From assembly GCA_000182565.2 (NCBI GenBank), contig KQ257467.1: a stretch of 64,000 nt of DNA. One strand, 5' to 3'. Of this stretch, positions 24,431 through 37,436 are shown in pieces. The notes under the pieces were generated by a model. That model saw only the letters and a program-made list of their open reading frames with translations, searched no databases and was not told where the DNA came from. The stretch is from Spizellomyces punctatus DAOM BR117. Its lineage: Eukaryota. Positions within the stretch are counted from its first letter, which is position 1; every line of letters starts with the position of its first letter. Position numbers and translations under genes: made by a program.

Positions 24431-26157
24431 CTATTGTCCCTTGCACCGCTTGGCTTTGATATGCCGGTGCAACGCGTCGAGCCTGGTAACTATGAGTAAC
24501 AGAAAGGATGAGATTCTGATTGGATTCTTGCTAATGACCAGTAGAGAGCCAAACGTACATGTCGTTTTGCAATCCTCGCACGAGTAAGGCTTGAAATTCT
24601 CCAAGTGGGTGGTGGAATGCCTCTTGAGGTCGTGTTTACGCATGAATCTTAAACGAATGGCAATAGCCTGTGAGCCTGAGACGGACGAGAGGCACACGGA
24701 AATCTTGTACTCACCCGCGCTTACAGACTTCGCAGACATACGGCTTGTCCTTCTGATGCTGCTTGTAGTGGTTCTTGAGGTTATACAACTTTTTAAAAAG
24801 CTTTCCACAGACACATTTGAAGCAGTTGTGCTCTCCACGAGGTCCTTTCTGCTTCTTGTCGTCGCAGCCATGACTCTCATTGACGAAAAGGTAGACGGTT
24901 TTGGTGTCAGAGCACACTCCCCCTTCAGAAAATTCCTCAGGGTCAATGTCTGAGAATGAAGACGTGGAAGCATCACCAAAAGAGGACACTGTAGAGATGG
25001 ACGATGTGCTGCGATGCCGGGGAGTCTTTGCGCTCTTTGGAGATTCAGTCTTGATCGTCGGTTCAGAGGGCGAGAAAACAAGCTCCCCAAAGAATGGTTG
25101 GGCCGGCGGAGATGCAATCGGCGACGATGGAGCTGACAAATGTTCCGGAGAAATGGGTGTCAGCGGCGACATTGGCGAAGAGGGAATATTTTCCATCGTC
25201 GGAGAGACGACAGTTGGCATCGGCGCGTCATCCTCAGGTGAACAAGGTGCCGGCGGTGTGAGAAGGGAGGGTGGGATCGTCAATTCGTAGCTGGTCTGAA
25301 TTGTCGGGTGCAGGGCCATTTCCATGTCGTTTACGCTCGGAGGAGCAAAGACATTGGCTGGGCTGACTGGTGTCGACATTTGATAGAATTGCGCCTGTTC
25401 ACGAGGTAAGTCTGTAATAATGGGGCTGTTTGTCACCACATCTGTAGACCCGCTCTGCTGCAAATGCCAAACTTTAGTCCCCTTGAATGCTGTAATTCCA
25501 CACACAGTCTCTAACCTTTCCATAGATGGCATCCGTCATAGCCATATTTTCCGAATTAGATGCATCCCACCCAGAAAGTCCCCATTCATAATCAGCAGGA
25601 TACACCGGATGGCGGAGCATGTTCTCGTTCAGGGATTGATGTGAAGGGTCGGGTAAAAGTTGCGGTTGGCAGTCTGACAGATGGATCCCGTTCATATAGC
25701 TTTCTAGGGCAACTGTATCATGCGCGATCGAGTGGAGATGCTGGGCTCCAGGTGACATTGGCAAGTCGACCGCTCCGTAACTTTCATCCAAACCGCAATG
25801 AAGAGCTCTTTCAATCGGCGACATGTGCGTTGTTTCCCAACTACAGTAGCCCTCATCCACGCGTCCAACAGCTTCTGTCGCGTCGTGGGCCATTAGCGGT
25901 GCAAATAATCGCGCGTCAATGTGGAATTGCGGATTGGCCAGCATATTGTCTTCGAGTGGCGAGCATGGCGGAGAAGGAAACTCGGCCTTGACATGGCACG
26001 TGACTGGTTTGGGTGCTATCGGACTCGCCGTCGGTGTTGTCGTTGTTGATGCTGTTGTTGCATGGACTAATACCGGACTTGAAATTCGTCCTGCAGCTCC
26101 CTTGACCGGACGCGGATGTTGCTGATGCGACACGAGAGGAAAAAAGGACAAGGTCAT
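24431..26157 (-). CDS. C2H2 zinc-finger transcription factor with three C-terminal fingers (Crz1-type finger array), 3 introns
   Basis: Spliced C-terminus FKCVCGKLFKKLYNLKNHYKQH-QKDKPYVCEVCKRGFMRKHDLKRHSTTH-LENFKPYSCEDCKTTFTRLDALHRH, preceded by a long S/P-rich region. Intron GTTAGA...TTGCAG at ~25460-25515. Confidence 0.85.
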
Positions 26158-28049
26158 AGTGTTTCTTTTGGCGTGTTCAGAGGCGTTTTGGAGGATGGCA
26201 CAAAAGTCAACAAGATATGCTGTATGAAACGATGATGCCTTTCGGGTTGATTTCACCACTGTACGAAATGGGAATGCGAGAAAAACACGCAAGAGGAGGA
26301 TGATTCAAAAACGAAAATGATGCTATTCTCCCCAGCCCGCGCCAATGATCCGTTCTTTCTCGTTTCGCCGTGTATCCAAGCGGGCGGCAAAAAGAAGGAT
26401 GAACCACCAAAAGAAGGACGAAAAGGGCAAAGATGCCGGGAGTAGCTGGGGGGAAAGGGGCGGAAAGGGCGGAAGGGAAGAAGAAGGCGACGACGACGAC
26501 GAGACTTTTTAAGTCCCAAAATCCCAAAGGCAAAAAAACCATCACCCAACTTTTTTCCCACGCGCTTATTTCTTTGGGTTGTGGTTATAGCTTAGATCAA
26601 CAACAAGAAGGTGTAGATATACAACCCAAAAGCCTCAAATGGGGTGCAGAGATTCCAATAGATTGGAGTGCATTCCACGCATGTGACGTATTGGATCCAC
26701 ATTTGTTCAAATTCTTCATTTCCAAATGGCCCGAATTTGGATATGGCGACAAATGGATACAAACCGGTGGCAATGAGCTTTTAGCCTTTAAACGGAAGCA
26801 AGACGGAGCGCCGCCAAACGGTGAGGGAGCCAAAGGTTTCTCTGCGCTTCCAAAAAAGCCGTTCGGAGGTTCGATCACCGCATGGCTCGGTGTTTAGTTT
26901 GATCTTGTAGGTTTTCTTTTTATTTTAGATGTGAGCCCCCATCCCAAGGATCCACATGGCTTTTCAGTTTGGTTGCTGTCGTTTCGTTTGTTCATTGCTG
27001 CAGGCCCCGTCCTTGGGCGTTGCTGGTTATAGACAAATGCCCGCTTGCGATCTGCGAAATGGCTGCCATGTGTGCAAACCAAAAAGGGCGCCGGCGCGTT
27101 CAACAACAGTTCGCGTGGTCTCCCCCAACTTTCTCTCCATGCATTTCTCGCTTCATATTTTCTTTGTGACCTTGGCGTAGAAACGGGCGTTGAAGAAATG
27201 ACGGTCATCTCAGCACATTTGTGTTGAAATTATATATAAAAAAAAAAACGGCACGTCAAACGGTGGTGAGATTCAAGTTCATTACACAATGTGTTCAAAC
27301 AGCTCCACAATTTAGCCGTCGTCGGTCCAGTCAGGGCGCGTTCGATCCTCGTTGCTGGCAGATTAGATGGGAATTTTCCCCTGGTTTGCCGGAATGAACG
27401 ATGACGGCGATACGACTTTGACCATGACATTCGTTTCGTTTCGATCGTCATTTCGATGAATCTTGTCTTCTCTTCGCCTTTCAAGATCCATTCATAAACA
27501 TGCTCCATCGGTTTGTATGGTCACAATGTCATCTCGCCCAGATCGTTGCGCGTTTTGCGTCTGCTTACTCTTTGGCATCTGTCACGTCAGGCTTCCGTCA
27601 GTGCGAAAAAGGCCCAGTCAAGAAGGGGGCAAATAGATGATCGGATGTACCTTCATGCTAGTACATTTGCGACTGGACGTTTATGATGGCTCTTGATGAT
27701 GATACAGAATAACTCGTTTTTGCGTTCAAGAGATTGAGTGAGCGTGAGAAAACAATGGGGGAGGCTTGGAGAGTTTCCCACGTCCGCCTAGCAAGGCAAG
27801 CCTTGACACTTGCCACAGCATTCTCACACTCCCAAGCTTCCTGTCATCCGGCAGCCAACTTAAGGCACTTCGGTCATTGCCATCCACCGCCCTTTTGTAC
27901 AGCTGCCGAGGTTTGCAGACATATGCTTCGACGATTTTACATGGCTAGCAAGATTCAAAAAGGGCTCACTGTGGTTTTCAGATTTTGTATCGTCCTCTTG
28001 GAGACTCCCTGTCAATTCTCCCACCTCAACTATTTCGAACCCAACGACA

Positions 28050-30103
28050 ATGACGTTGATCAAAAGCACCAACCAAGCGGCATTGGACAAGATCGATGAG
28101 ATCCGCAAATTGGGTCTCACTGCTCACATCTCCCTGCCGCAAATTGCAGTTATAGGCGACCAAAGCCGCGGAAAGTCCAGTCTTTTGGAATACCTCTCCA
28201 AAATCACGTTTCCAAAGGATATAGAAATGTGCACCACTTTTGCTACGCAAGTTGTGATGCGCACAGCTTCAAAATTCCACGCCAATGTGTCCTTGTCGCC
28301 GGAACGTGATGGATGCACCAAGCTTAAGGTCCCAAAAAAACCAAACGAGGTCAGCGACGTCATTTCGCACGCCAAGACCCTTCTCATGCAAGGTACTACC
28401 GGTGCGACGGTTGTCAAGGACATTCTCACCATTGAGCTGAGTGGTCCCGAGTATCCAATGTTAACGCTTGTGGATCTTCCTGGTTACGTCCACACACGCT
28501 CAACTGGTCAAGCGGTCACCATTGTCCAAGACATTGAAAACATTGCAGAAACTTATATCGCCAATGACAAGACAATTGTACTGGCCGTGATACCCGCCAA
28601 CAAGGACTTTGAAACAAACGTCGTGATGCAAAAAGTCGAAAAGCACGATCCAATGGGGAAGCGTACCATATGCGTCATCACCAAGCCAGACCTGATGGAC
28701 AGGTAGGTATCTCATCGTCTCGCTCTATGTTGACAATATCTCATGTTTTTCTGTAGTGGTACAGAACACAAGATTGTTGAGGTCATGAGTGGGAGGAAAA
28801 TGGAGCTGGAACTTGGCTATCATCTCATACGCAACAGAAGCTACGATGATTGTCAAGCGGACATCTCGGTTGAGCTTGCTTGCCAAAAAGAAAAGACATT
28901 CTTCGATAAAAAGCCCTGGAATGACATTCCGTCCAATAACCAAGGTGTTGAATCTCTCCGAAGCAAATTGCAGGACATCCTCTATGATCTCGTGGATGAA
29001 GAGTTTCCTAAAATCAAACTGGAAATCCGCAACAAGTTGGCAAAATGCAACGAGGAATTGGACGTCCTCGGTCCTACTCTCGACACAGAGCATGCACGCA
29101 GAGCCTTGTTGGTCGCAAACACAAACAAGTTCGTTGACACAGTGCGGCCCTTGATTGAAGGACACTACAGTCTGCTGGAGTATCCGTATGAACATTACAT
29201 CAGGGCAAAGATCCAGGGGCTAAATGAGACATTTTCGGCTACTATCCTCAAAACTGTTTCAGAGGATGAAATTTCAAAATTGGACATTGAGGGTACGATC
29301 AGCAAATCTAGAGGGCGAGAACTTCCTGGGTTCCTGCAGCACGAACCCTTTGTTGCCCTTGTAAGGGAAACCATAGCGGAATGGAATAAAATCACCAAGG
29401 CCCATTTTGGTATGCGTTGATCATAATTTTTCGTTATTGTTAACTCTCAATCCGTTGTTTCTGTGAGATGGTGTGTGGGTATGCAAACGACTCACAACAT
29501 GCTACTGGCAACTATCTTTTTTTTTCAGATGCTGTCTGTGTCCTACTCCATGATACGATGAACTATGTTATTGAGAAGGAACTCAGTCCACGTCTTAGCG
29601 CCACGTTTCATGGGGCAATTGAGGAGTTTGTCGACGAGTGCAAAAAGGATATGTACAAGCATGCGGACACCATGTTTAGGAGTGAACAATCGGTGCCGAT
29701 GACGTACAACCATTACTTTACTGAAACACTCGGCAAGTCTCGCTTGACGCATGTCGAAAAAAAGATCAAGTGCGTGGCACCTGGGGCCTTTGGGACATGT
29801 AATGCTCAATCTCTCCTCGATATCGTCCGCCCGTTTGTGTCCACATCCAACAAACAGTATGCCATTGAGGACATGACCTTTGCGATTCATGCCTACTGCA
29901 AGACTGCCGCAAAACGGTACATTGACGCCATTTGTTTATATGTCATCGAGGTTGTTCTCTTTGAGGATTTTTCTGGTCGTGCGAGGGAGATACTCAATAA
30001 CTGGCCTCTGGACCACGTGAAAGAGCCCAAGCGTGTATCGGAAAGGAGAAAAGAGCTGTTGAATGTTAAGGAAAAGCTGGAACCTGCGCTGAAAAAGATT
30101 TGA
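28050..30103 (+). CDS. Mx-like dynamin-related GTPase (~626 aa), 2 introns
   Basis: LPQIAVIGDQSRGKSS (G1), CTTFAT (G2), LVDLPG (G3), ITKPD (G4), RGRELPGF stalk motif and GED (AYCKTAAKRYID). Introns 28703-28756 and 29410-29528. Confidence 0.9.
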
Positions 30104-30266
30104 GAAACAAAAGGAAAGGAAACATATGAATAGGGTTTTTGCATTTTTTTTGCTATATAGGAATTACTTGTTGGTTCATACATTGCTAGAAAATAATCAA
30201 CAGAAAACGCATCTTGGCTGAACTCCCACCATTTTTCGCACGTACTGAAAAGCCTTTTATTTACTA

Positions 30267-33022
30267 CTACTTGGTTCCAGCTTTGTCAAAAAAGCTAGTC
30301 AGTTTACCTTTTTTGCTCTTTCCACCATTACTAGTGTTCTGCTTTCTCTTTATACCCACACTCCCTTGACTATTCTGGCCCGTCTCATTTCGTTGGACAT
30401 TTCCTTCACGGTCCGCTCGTTGGAGATCCAACGCAAAATGGTAATCAGCGTGCTCTGCTTGTGATTTCTCGTCTTGACCAATCGCTTTACTACATTTAGG
30501 ACACGCGACTGTCCCCGGTGGTTGTGGAGTTGCAAAAACGTCCAAGGGACGTCCCGTGGATCCGTGTGGTTCTGGGGGCGGCGATGTTGGAGTGGGCTCA
30601 GCATGCGATGCAGCAGTTGCATGTCCACCACCATCACCCAAAGCAGAGCCAGTCGCTGACGCCTTTCCAAACCATTTTGTCAAAACCTCACTCCCAGTCT
30701 CTTCCTGGACAAATCCAGATACAGTCAAGGCAATTGACGAACAGGGATACATGCGCTCGCCTCGAAATAACGTCCATGCTTTGGCGAGAATGTCGTCGGG
30801 TGAAGAAACATGATGACGCGGCGGCATGAGTGCAGATTTTGATCGTCTCCCGCCTGCAAACATATCGACTTTGGAGTGAAGCTGAAAACAAAAATAAACG
30901 AAAAAACCAAAACAAAATGAGGATGCTATATGGACTGATTCTGAAACCCATGGTCGAACTCACCGCCAAGGTCTTTGGCCACCTTTGATTCATCTCATAA
31001 TCATCCTGTAACCGTGTAAACAACTCGCTAGACAAGATTCCCAACCAATGTCGTGCTTGATCATCGTTCGTAATGGAAGGTCTCAAATTTTTGCAAGCAC
31101 CCATTGACTTGTTAACACTGTTCTCTTGCACTATTCTATTTGGGTGAGTCGTAACACTCTGATGACCTGGCAAGAATCACATGGGCTTACCTGCTTCATT
31201 GCATATTCCGCGACAGATGTTATGCAACCAGACACCTGTTGCGTCCCCAAATTTGGTTTTGAGTGCGTCCAAAGAGAATTTCCTGTCGCCATATAGCGTT
31301 GCTCATGAGAAAATCTGCTCTTCCCAACTGTCCAATTGATACACACCACAAATCACCGGCCATCTCTACTTGCAATTCGGATTCCACTTCTGCACCAAGT
31401 TTACCTATATCCAATATCAATGGCGTTAGAATAAATTCTGATATCAAACAGTTCATAAAGGCATACCTCCCAGAAACCGAATCTTTGACATTGGTAGTGT
31501 CTCCATATATTTCAACACCTGGCTCTCGCGCATGATCGTCTACAGGTGGTGATGAGCGCCGGAACATGTGTTGCGTCCTCAAAACCCAATAACTACCTGT
31601 TTGTTTGGTTTATTCATGCCAGAACAAAGTTTGGCGAGTGTCTTGTTATGGGCAATGCCTGCCACATGCAAAAAGGTCATGGAGGTGTGTAAGTGCGTAA
31701 GAAGACTAAATCGCCACAAGATGTAGGCAACGTACCTGTAGAGCAAGTGTAGTTTAACTCTTTGTAAACCGTATCACGAATCTCTTGACTAATGTCAGCA
31801 GCCAATCGGAGTTGCAAATCTCTATTCTCCATCTGATGAGTTTGCATCTACCAAGCCATCGCCGTGAGTCGTAACGAGACTCACCGCCATCCCCTTGACT
31901 CCGATAATTCTTCACCAACTAGAATCCCAGCACCATCCCATTGCACAATCGGTTCTCCTTGGTTGTCTTGGGGTATGTGCGCCAAAGACGCAATGCGGGT
32001 ATTGACCATGTCGGTAACGTCCAGGTATGCTTCATCTGTAGACAAATCATATAAATGTGAATTTCCAAAAGAAGGCAGCAGGTAACAAGCTACCTATGGA
32101 TGCTCGCTGGAATTTGGGGCAGAAGCGCTTAAATATAGCCATCACATTTCTGCTTGCGCGTCTGCATCTCGCCATTAGGTTTCGTTGAAAGAACAAGAAA
32201 CGTTACGAGAACATACCGATACGGCTCTAGAGACACCTATAATGAACATGCAGCTGTTAATGGAGTCCTTTACCGTCACCCTACGTAAATGATGCCATAT
32301 ATGGAGTCCCTACCTACCTTGTGCGTCTTGGCTGTTACATTCTCAGTATGATATTTTGGCTCTGCCTCTCCATTTGCATAGGTTGCAACTATAAGGAACT
32401 TCCATTCAGCAAAGCAGCAAAGCGAAAGGTGCAACGAAAAATAGTTGCAAATACCAACCATGGACCAACTTGACATCTAGCCAAGTGGACAGTCGTGTAA
32501 ATGAAAATGTGCATCAGGTCCCAGTTTGACTAGTTCACTCACCAGGACACATTTTTGCGGCTTCCCCGACAGTACAATGCCTATAAAGAGCCTCAGCATG
32601 GTCTTTACACAAAACCCTCCGCGCGAGCCACGTTACGCTACCGTTTGATACCCGCAGCACGAGCAGCGTAATTGACCGCAATCAATCCCTGCCATTGTTG
32701 TACGCACAATGGCACATCAATGGGTATGCCTAAAAGTTTTACCACGTGAATGACTGCCATTGCCAGAGTGCAGGAGTTGCAGATATCTACCCAGCCGCAC
32801 ATGTTCCACCTGAGCATAGCACGACGGTACCCAGTCAGGACCGCGAATGCGACCAAATATGGGTAAGATGTCAACATCATACCTGACAATAAAATGCATC
32901 CTATCAAGCGTCAAGAAAGGTAGGGTCAACACTAATGCTTGTAAATTCGCATTTTGGAAAGTGACATGTCGTACCAAATCAACGTGGAGGATAACTCTGC
33001 TCCTCTTTAAATTCTCCTCCAT
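30267..33022 (-). CDS. RAD30: DNA polymerase eta (Y family), many introns
   Basis: VILHVDL|DAFYCQ|VE, VQQWQGLIAVNYAAR, RASI|DEAYLD, TCS.GIAHNKTLAKL, UBZ zinc finger CPKC...EHADYHFALDL, basic NLS and C-terminal PIP-like KLTSFF. Confidence 0.93.
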
Positions 33023-33405
33023 GGGGCAAACCTCATGCACATACAAGATAAATGCCGACAAAGGACCCGCGCCATGCTACTCCAAAGAAATCCCCACCAA
33101 CAATAATCCAAAATGGAAATCAGAATGCAAAGCAGAGATCTTGAAAACGTTCGCCGACGAGGTGACTCATTTCATTATGCCAAATTGGGGTTGAAAGATC
33201 TGACGCGAGCAAACTGCCAGCGTTCGTCATGTAAAATCACCAAAGCGCTGACAAAAGTTGTGTTTTCGACGAGCGGATTTCCATTCATTTTGTTGTTGGA
33301 TTACAGCTCTTTACGAAGTAGAGGCAACTAGAACACACATATCTCGTATATTTTTGGCTATCTGTCGCTGTATTTGACTTTTTCTGGGGTGGAAGATTGT
33401 TCAAC

Positions 33406-35129
33406 ATGGTGGGGAAGAAACAATGAAAGTCATGTTCAGTACGATGCGGGATTGATTCATTTCCTTGCAGTATGACGGATATTACGATGAAGCGCATCAG
33501 TATATGCACGGAGGAATGGGTGGAGCTGGGTCCTTTGTAAGCCGTTTTCGTAATTTGCCCGATTTACGACATATGTTTACCATTGGTTACAATTACAGTC
33601 AGAAACGTTCCGATGCTATTCCGTAGCGATGATGCCGACAAGGAGCGAGAGACCTGAATTGCTATATGGCGGAAAGAGTATGTTTTTGGCGTGTGAAACT
33701 CTGATTTTCGTTTACGGGTTCGCAAATCTTACCGGAACTGAACCTGCTTGCGTGCCCGCAGTCGTCATGCCACAATCTGCACTGACAAAACTTTGTAAGC
33801 CTGTCGATTGGACTCACTGCTTCGCTTGTTGATAGCTGCTGATCCGCTCCTACTCTTCCATAAGCCGCCCTACATATCAGCTGGCCCATGTTGTTCCAGC
33901 TCACGAATCCCGCTCATGAGCGAGTCACCCACTCTGGCGTGCTTGAGTTTACAGCCGAGGAAGGAAGAGTATATGTACCACAATGGGTATGTCCTTGATA
34001 ACTGTCAGAAACGCACGCACACAAGTCCTTATCGCTCCTCCTAAGATGATGCAAGCACTGCTCCTGGAAGAGGGCCAATTCGTGCAAATCAAGAACGTCG
34101 AACTTCCCCTGGGCACATTTGTGAAGATCCAGCCGCAATCAGTCGATTTTCTGGACATTACAGACCCTAAAGCAGTACTTGAGCAAGCCTTGCGCAACTT
34201 TTCGACTTTGACGGAAGGAGATATCATTACATTCAAGTATAATGACAAATTATTTGATATTTTGGTGATGGAGACCAAGCCAGCTGGAAAAGGGATATCG
34301 ATTGTGGAAACGGATTTGGAGGTGTGATCTCTTTCTCCGCGGTTCTCTAGCAAAGGTCTCATGAGCATCTACAGGTTGATTTCGCAGCGCCTTTGGGGTA
34401 CCAAGAACCAGCACCTGTAGCAAGATCTACACCGACGCCTTCACTGGTGAGCTAGGCCACTGCCGCCATCGTGCGTATATACGGCGAAGCAAAATCTAAA
34501 CACACTGGACTTTCCAGATAGGGAGCACAACGCGCATCGCAGAACACACCATCGCTGAAGAGATTGGTTTTGTGCCGTTTGGGGGATCCGGGCAACGGCT
34601 AAGTGGCAAAATACCAGCAACCTCATCTTTGTAAGTTTGTCCGAAATCAAGCCATGCCGCTGCGTTTTACTCACAAAATGGATAGGAACACAACATCGGG
34701 TGCGAATGGACCACCAATTCCTGCTGCCCTGCGACTACCTCCGGGAAAACTCTTTTTTGGTACGATCAGCCTCTTTCTTGATGGGTCCATTTCGGAAATG
34801 ATTTTTTGACATGATGTTTAGGGTACCCTGTCGTTCCCCTCAAACAGAAAAACACCAACGCCGAGCCGGACGCGGTATGTCCCGTATTGCTGTGTCCAAT
34901 CTTGTTCATATATATGGCTGATCTCTGTTACAGGTATCCGCGACGACGTTCACTGGCCAAGGGCAAACCCTGAAAGCAGCCCGTCGGGGTGGGGGCACTG
35001 GTAGCAGTGGAGGCGGATCGGCATCGGGGAGCAGCGGCCCGTCATCGAGTGGTAAGTTGATCAGTGCAGCCCCGTCTTGTGTGTCTACCTGGTCCTAAAG
35101 GTTTCACTCCTGCGATAAATGGAGGATAG
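33406..35129 (+). CDS. UFD1: Ubiquitin fusion degradation protein 1
   Basis: FRCYSVAM, YGGK, MPQSAL, WPMLFQL, THSGVLEFTAEEG, PQSVDFLDITDPKAVLEQALRNFSTLTEGD, IVETDLEVDFAAPLGY, LRLPPGKLFFGYP, FTGQGQTL. 3' end depends on the last intron. Confidence 0.93.
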
Positions 35130-35327
35130 GTCCTAAATAATACTTGGTTACCTGTATTGTACATAAGGGTCAAATGGAATCCCACCCTTTATTTGCATTG
35201 CTCTTTTTTTCCAGTGAAACCAAGTTTAAATCACAATAACAACTTGCTGATTTGGGTCCCAGACAAATTCATCAAGAAATGATATTATACGAAAGCCAGT
35301 TACAGCCCACCACCCCACATCATGCAG

Positions 35328-37436
35328 TTAAGCTGATTCCTGCCTTGTGTTCGCTCCACCCGCATCGGCTCCGTCCGCGCCAGGTGCACCAGTGCCCGGC
35401 ACACCGGGCGCGCCAGCGCCCTGTGATCCAGGAGGGGCAACATCAGCACCACTGGCTTCTGCCCCAGTATACCCTTCAGTACCGTAACCCGGATACTGCT
35501 GATAATACTGCTGATAATAAGCATTCCAAGCTTCCTGGTCGTATTGCTGCCCTTCATACCCTTGTCCATAAGCGCTCTGATCCCACCCTGCGTAACCTGC
35601 AGCCCCACTCTGGTCATACCCTGCAGTCCCAGCAGCATAACCGCCAGTCGCGTCACCACCTTGAGCAGCTCCCCAAGCATTAGTGTTGTCTCCTGACGCG
35701 TAATTGCCGTAGTTACCGTAGCCATTGTAACCTTGCTGATTGTAGCCGTACTGAGGGTTACTGTCCCTGCGTCCTTGAACGCGGTCCATGACCATTTCTT
35801 TGGCACGATCGATATTCTCCTGAGGGCCTGATATAGTGACGTCTCGGTTCCCCTCGGGGTCGGCTTGCTGTTCAATTTGGATGCGGACATTACACGTTGC
35901 TTGGATGTTCTTGACTACTTCGCCTCCGCGTCCAATAATCAGCCCGACCTAATCGTGTGGTTATATACTGCAGCCAAGAAAACCCAAATGCAGGCGAACC
36001 AACCTTTTCAGTGTGAACTTTAATAGTTTCAGAGCTCCCACCATGGCCATATTGGTTGCCATAGGGCTGCGACATACCTCCAGGACCTCCGGGCTAGAAC
36101 GTATAGTAATTAATATCAGTAGAAATACCTAATTTTGCCAATCCGCTGAAACATACCCTGGACGGAGCATTTACTAAGTCGTCAATAAGAGCTCGGGCCA
36201 TATCAATGGCTTCTGGCGATCCAGATAGATTGATTTGTCGAAGATTGGAGGGCTGATCGCTCTGAGAGTCAGGCATAACTGCGATCCTTGCACCGCTGCG
36301 ATCCTGCAGAGAGTGAATCGTTTCCCCTCCGCGACCAATGACGAGACCAACTGCGCCGACAGACATGTAGTGAGGGCGACGATAACACAAGACCATATCG
36401 ATTGACAATTACCTTTGTGGGCAGGGATGCTCATTGTTTCCGTATTGGTGCTGCTGTTCCCTCCGTACGAGGGCATAGAGGAGGGAGGCCCCCGTGGTCC
36501 AGAGCCTTGATTAATTTGCTCTAGGATCATGCTCTTGGCTTGCTGGACATCTTCCGGATTGCCAGTTATAGTGGTTCGCCTTTCAGGCTCAGATCCCGCT
36601 AATAAAAAATAACACTCAGCACCAACTACAATAAAAGTAACAGAACCTTGATATGCATACCTGGAGCAAACTGGACCTTGACATTGCAGGTTCGTTCAAT
36701 CCTCTTCATGTTCTCCCCAGCACGACCGATGACGAGACCAACCTACATCGACGGCGTCATGACCTGCACGCACACACAAAAAGTGGCGCACGAACCATCG
36801 AGTCCCCACCGACAATCGCACTTACGTATTGATTTGGCACCGCTATTTCTTCGGTGGTTTTCAACGACGCGCTTGAAGAAGGACCGTAATGCGATGTGGT
36901 TCCTTCAGAGTGACCAAGGCCGTAGCGTTGTCGTCCTCCCGATCCACCGTCTCGACTCCCATAGTCATACTGATCCCGGTCGTCACGGTCATAGCGATCA
37001 GAGTCCGAAGCGTGCCTCTTGTTGTCCCGCTCCGACGAGAAGTCGTCTCGTCGGTAATCTTCTTTTCTATATCCTGAAGAAGGTGGACGGTAGTCATCCA
37101 CCTCTGAGTGACTACGCTTTACACCTTGACCGCTTGCATCACCACTACTGGTATCGCCGCCTGTGATAAACAAGAGTAAGCTTCTTGGATTCTCCTAGTG
37201 AATCAGAGAAATGTACGCTTTATCCTCACCTTTTGCAGCAGCAGCTGTCAGACGTGCCGCAATCGCTTTTGCACGTTCGAGAGCACTTGTGTAGTCGACC
37301 TATGCAAGACACCACAATGTGAGCATCTCTCCCAGCCCATGTCCAAGACAAGACTTACCGCAGCTGATGCAGGTGCAATAGAAGATGATGCTTCTCCAGT
37401 GAGAGCATCTGGTGGCTTCACTGCGTTGTAGGTCAT
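35328..37436 (-). CDS. KH-domain RNA-binding protein, far-upstream-element-binding (FUBP/KHSRP)-like
   Basis: Three KH GxxG loops (VGLVIGRAGENMK, VGLVIGRGGETIH, VGLIIGRGGEVVK) and a C-terminal Tyr-rich motif DQEAWNAYYQQYY. Confidence 0.85.

Noticed and set aside
26826-26890. tRNA-like GGTTCGATC with GAGCCA/TGGCTC end pairing
   Set aside because: Only ~62 nt, with no D-arm or anticodon arm, a T-stem that does not pair and no conserved C61.
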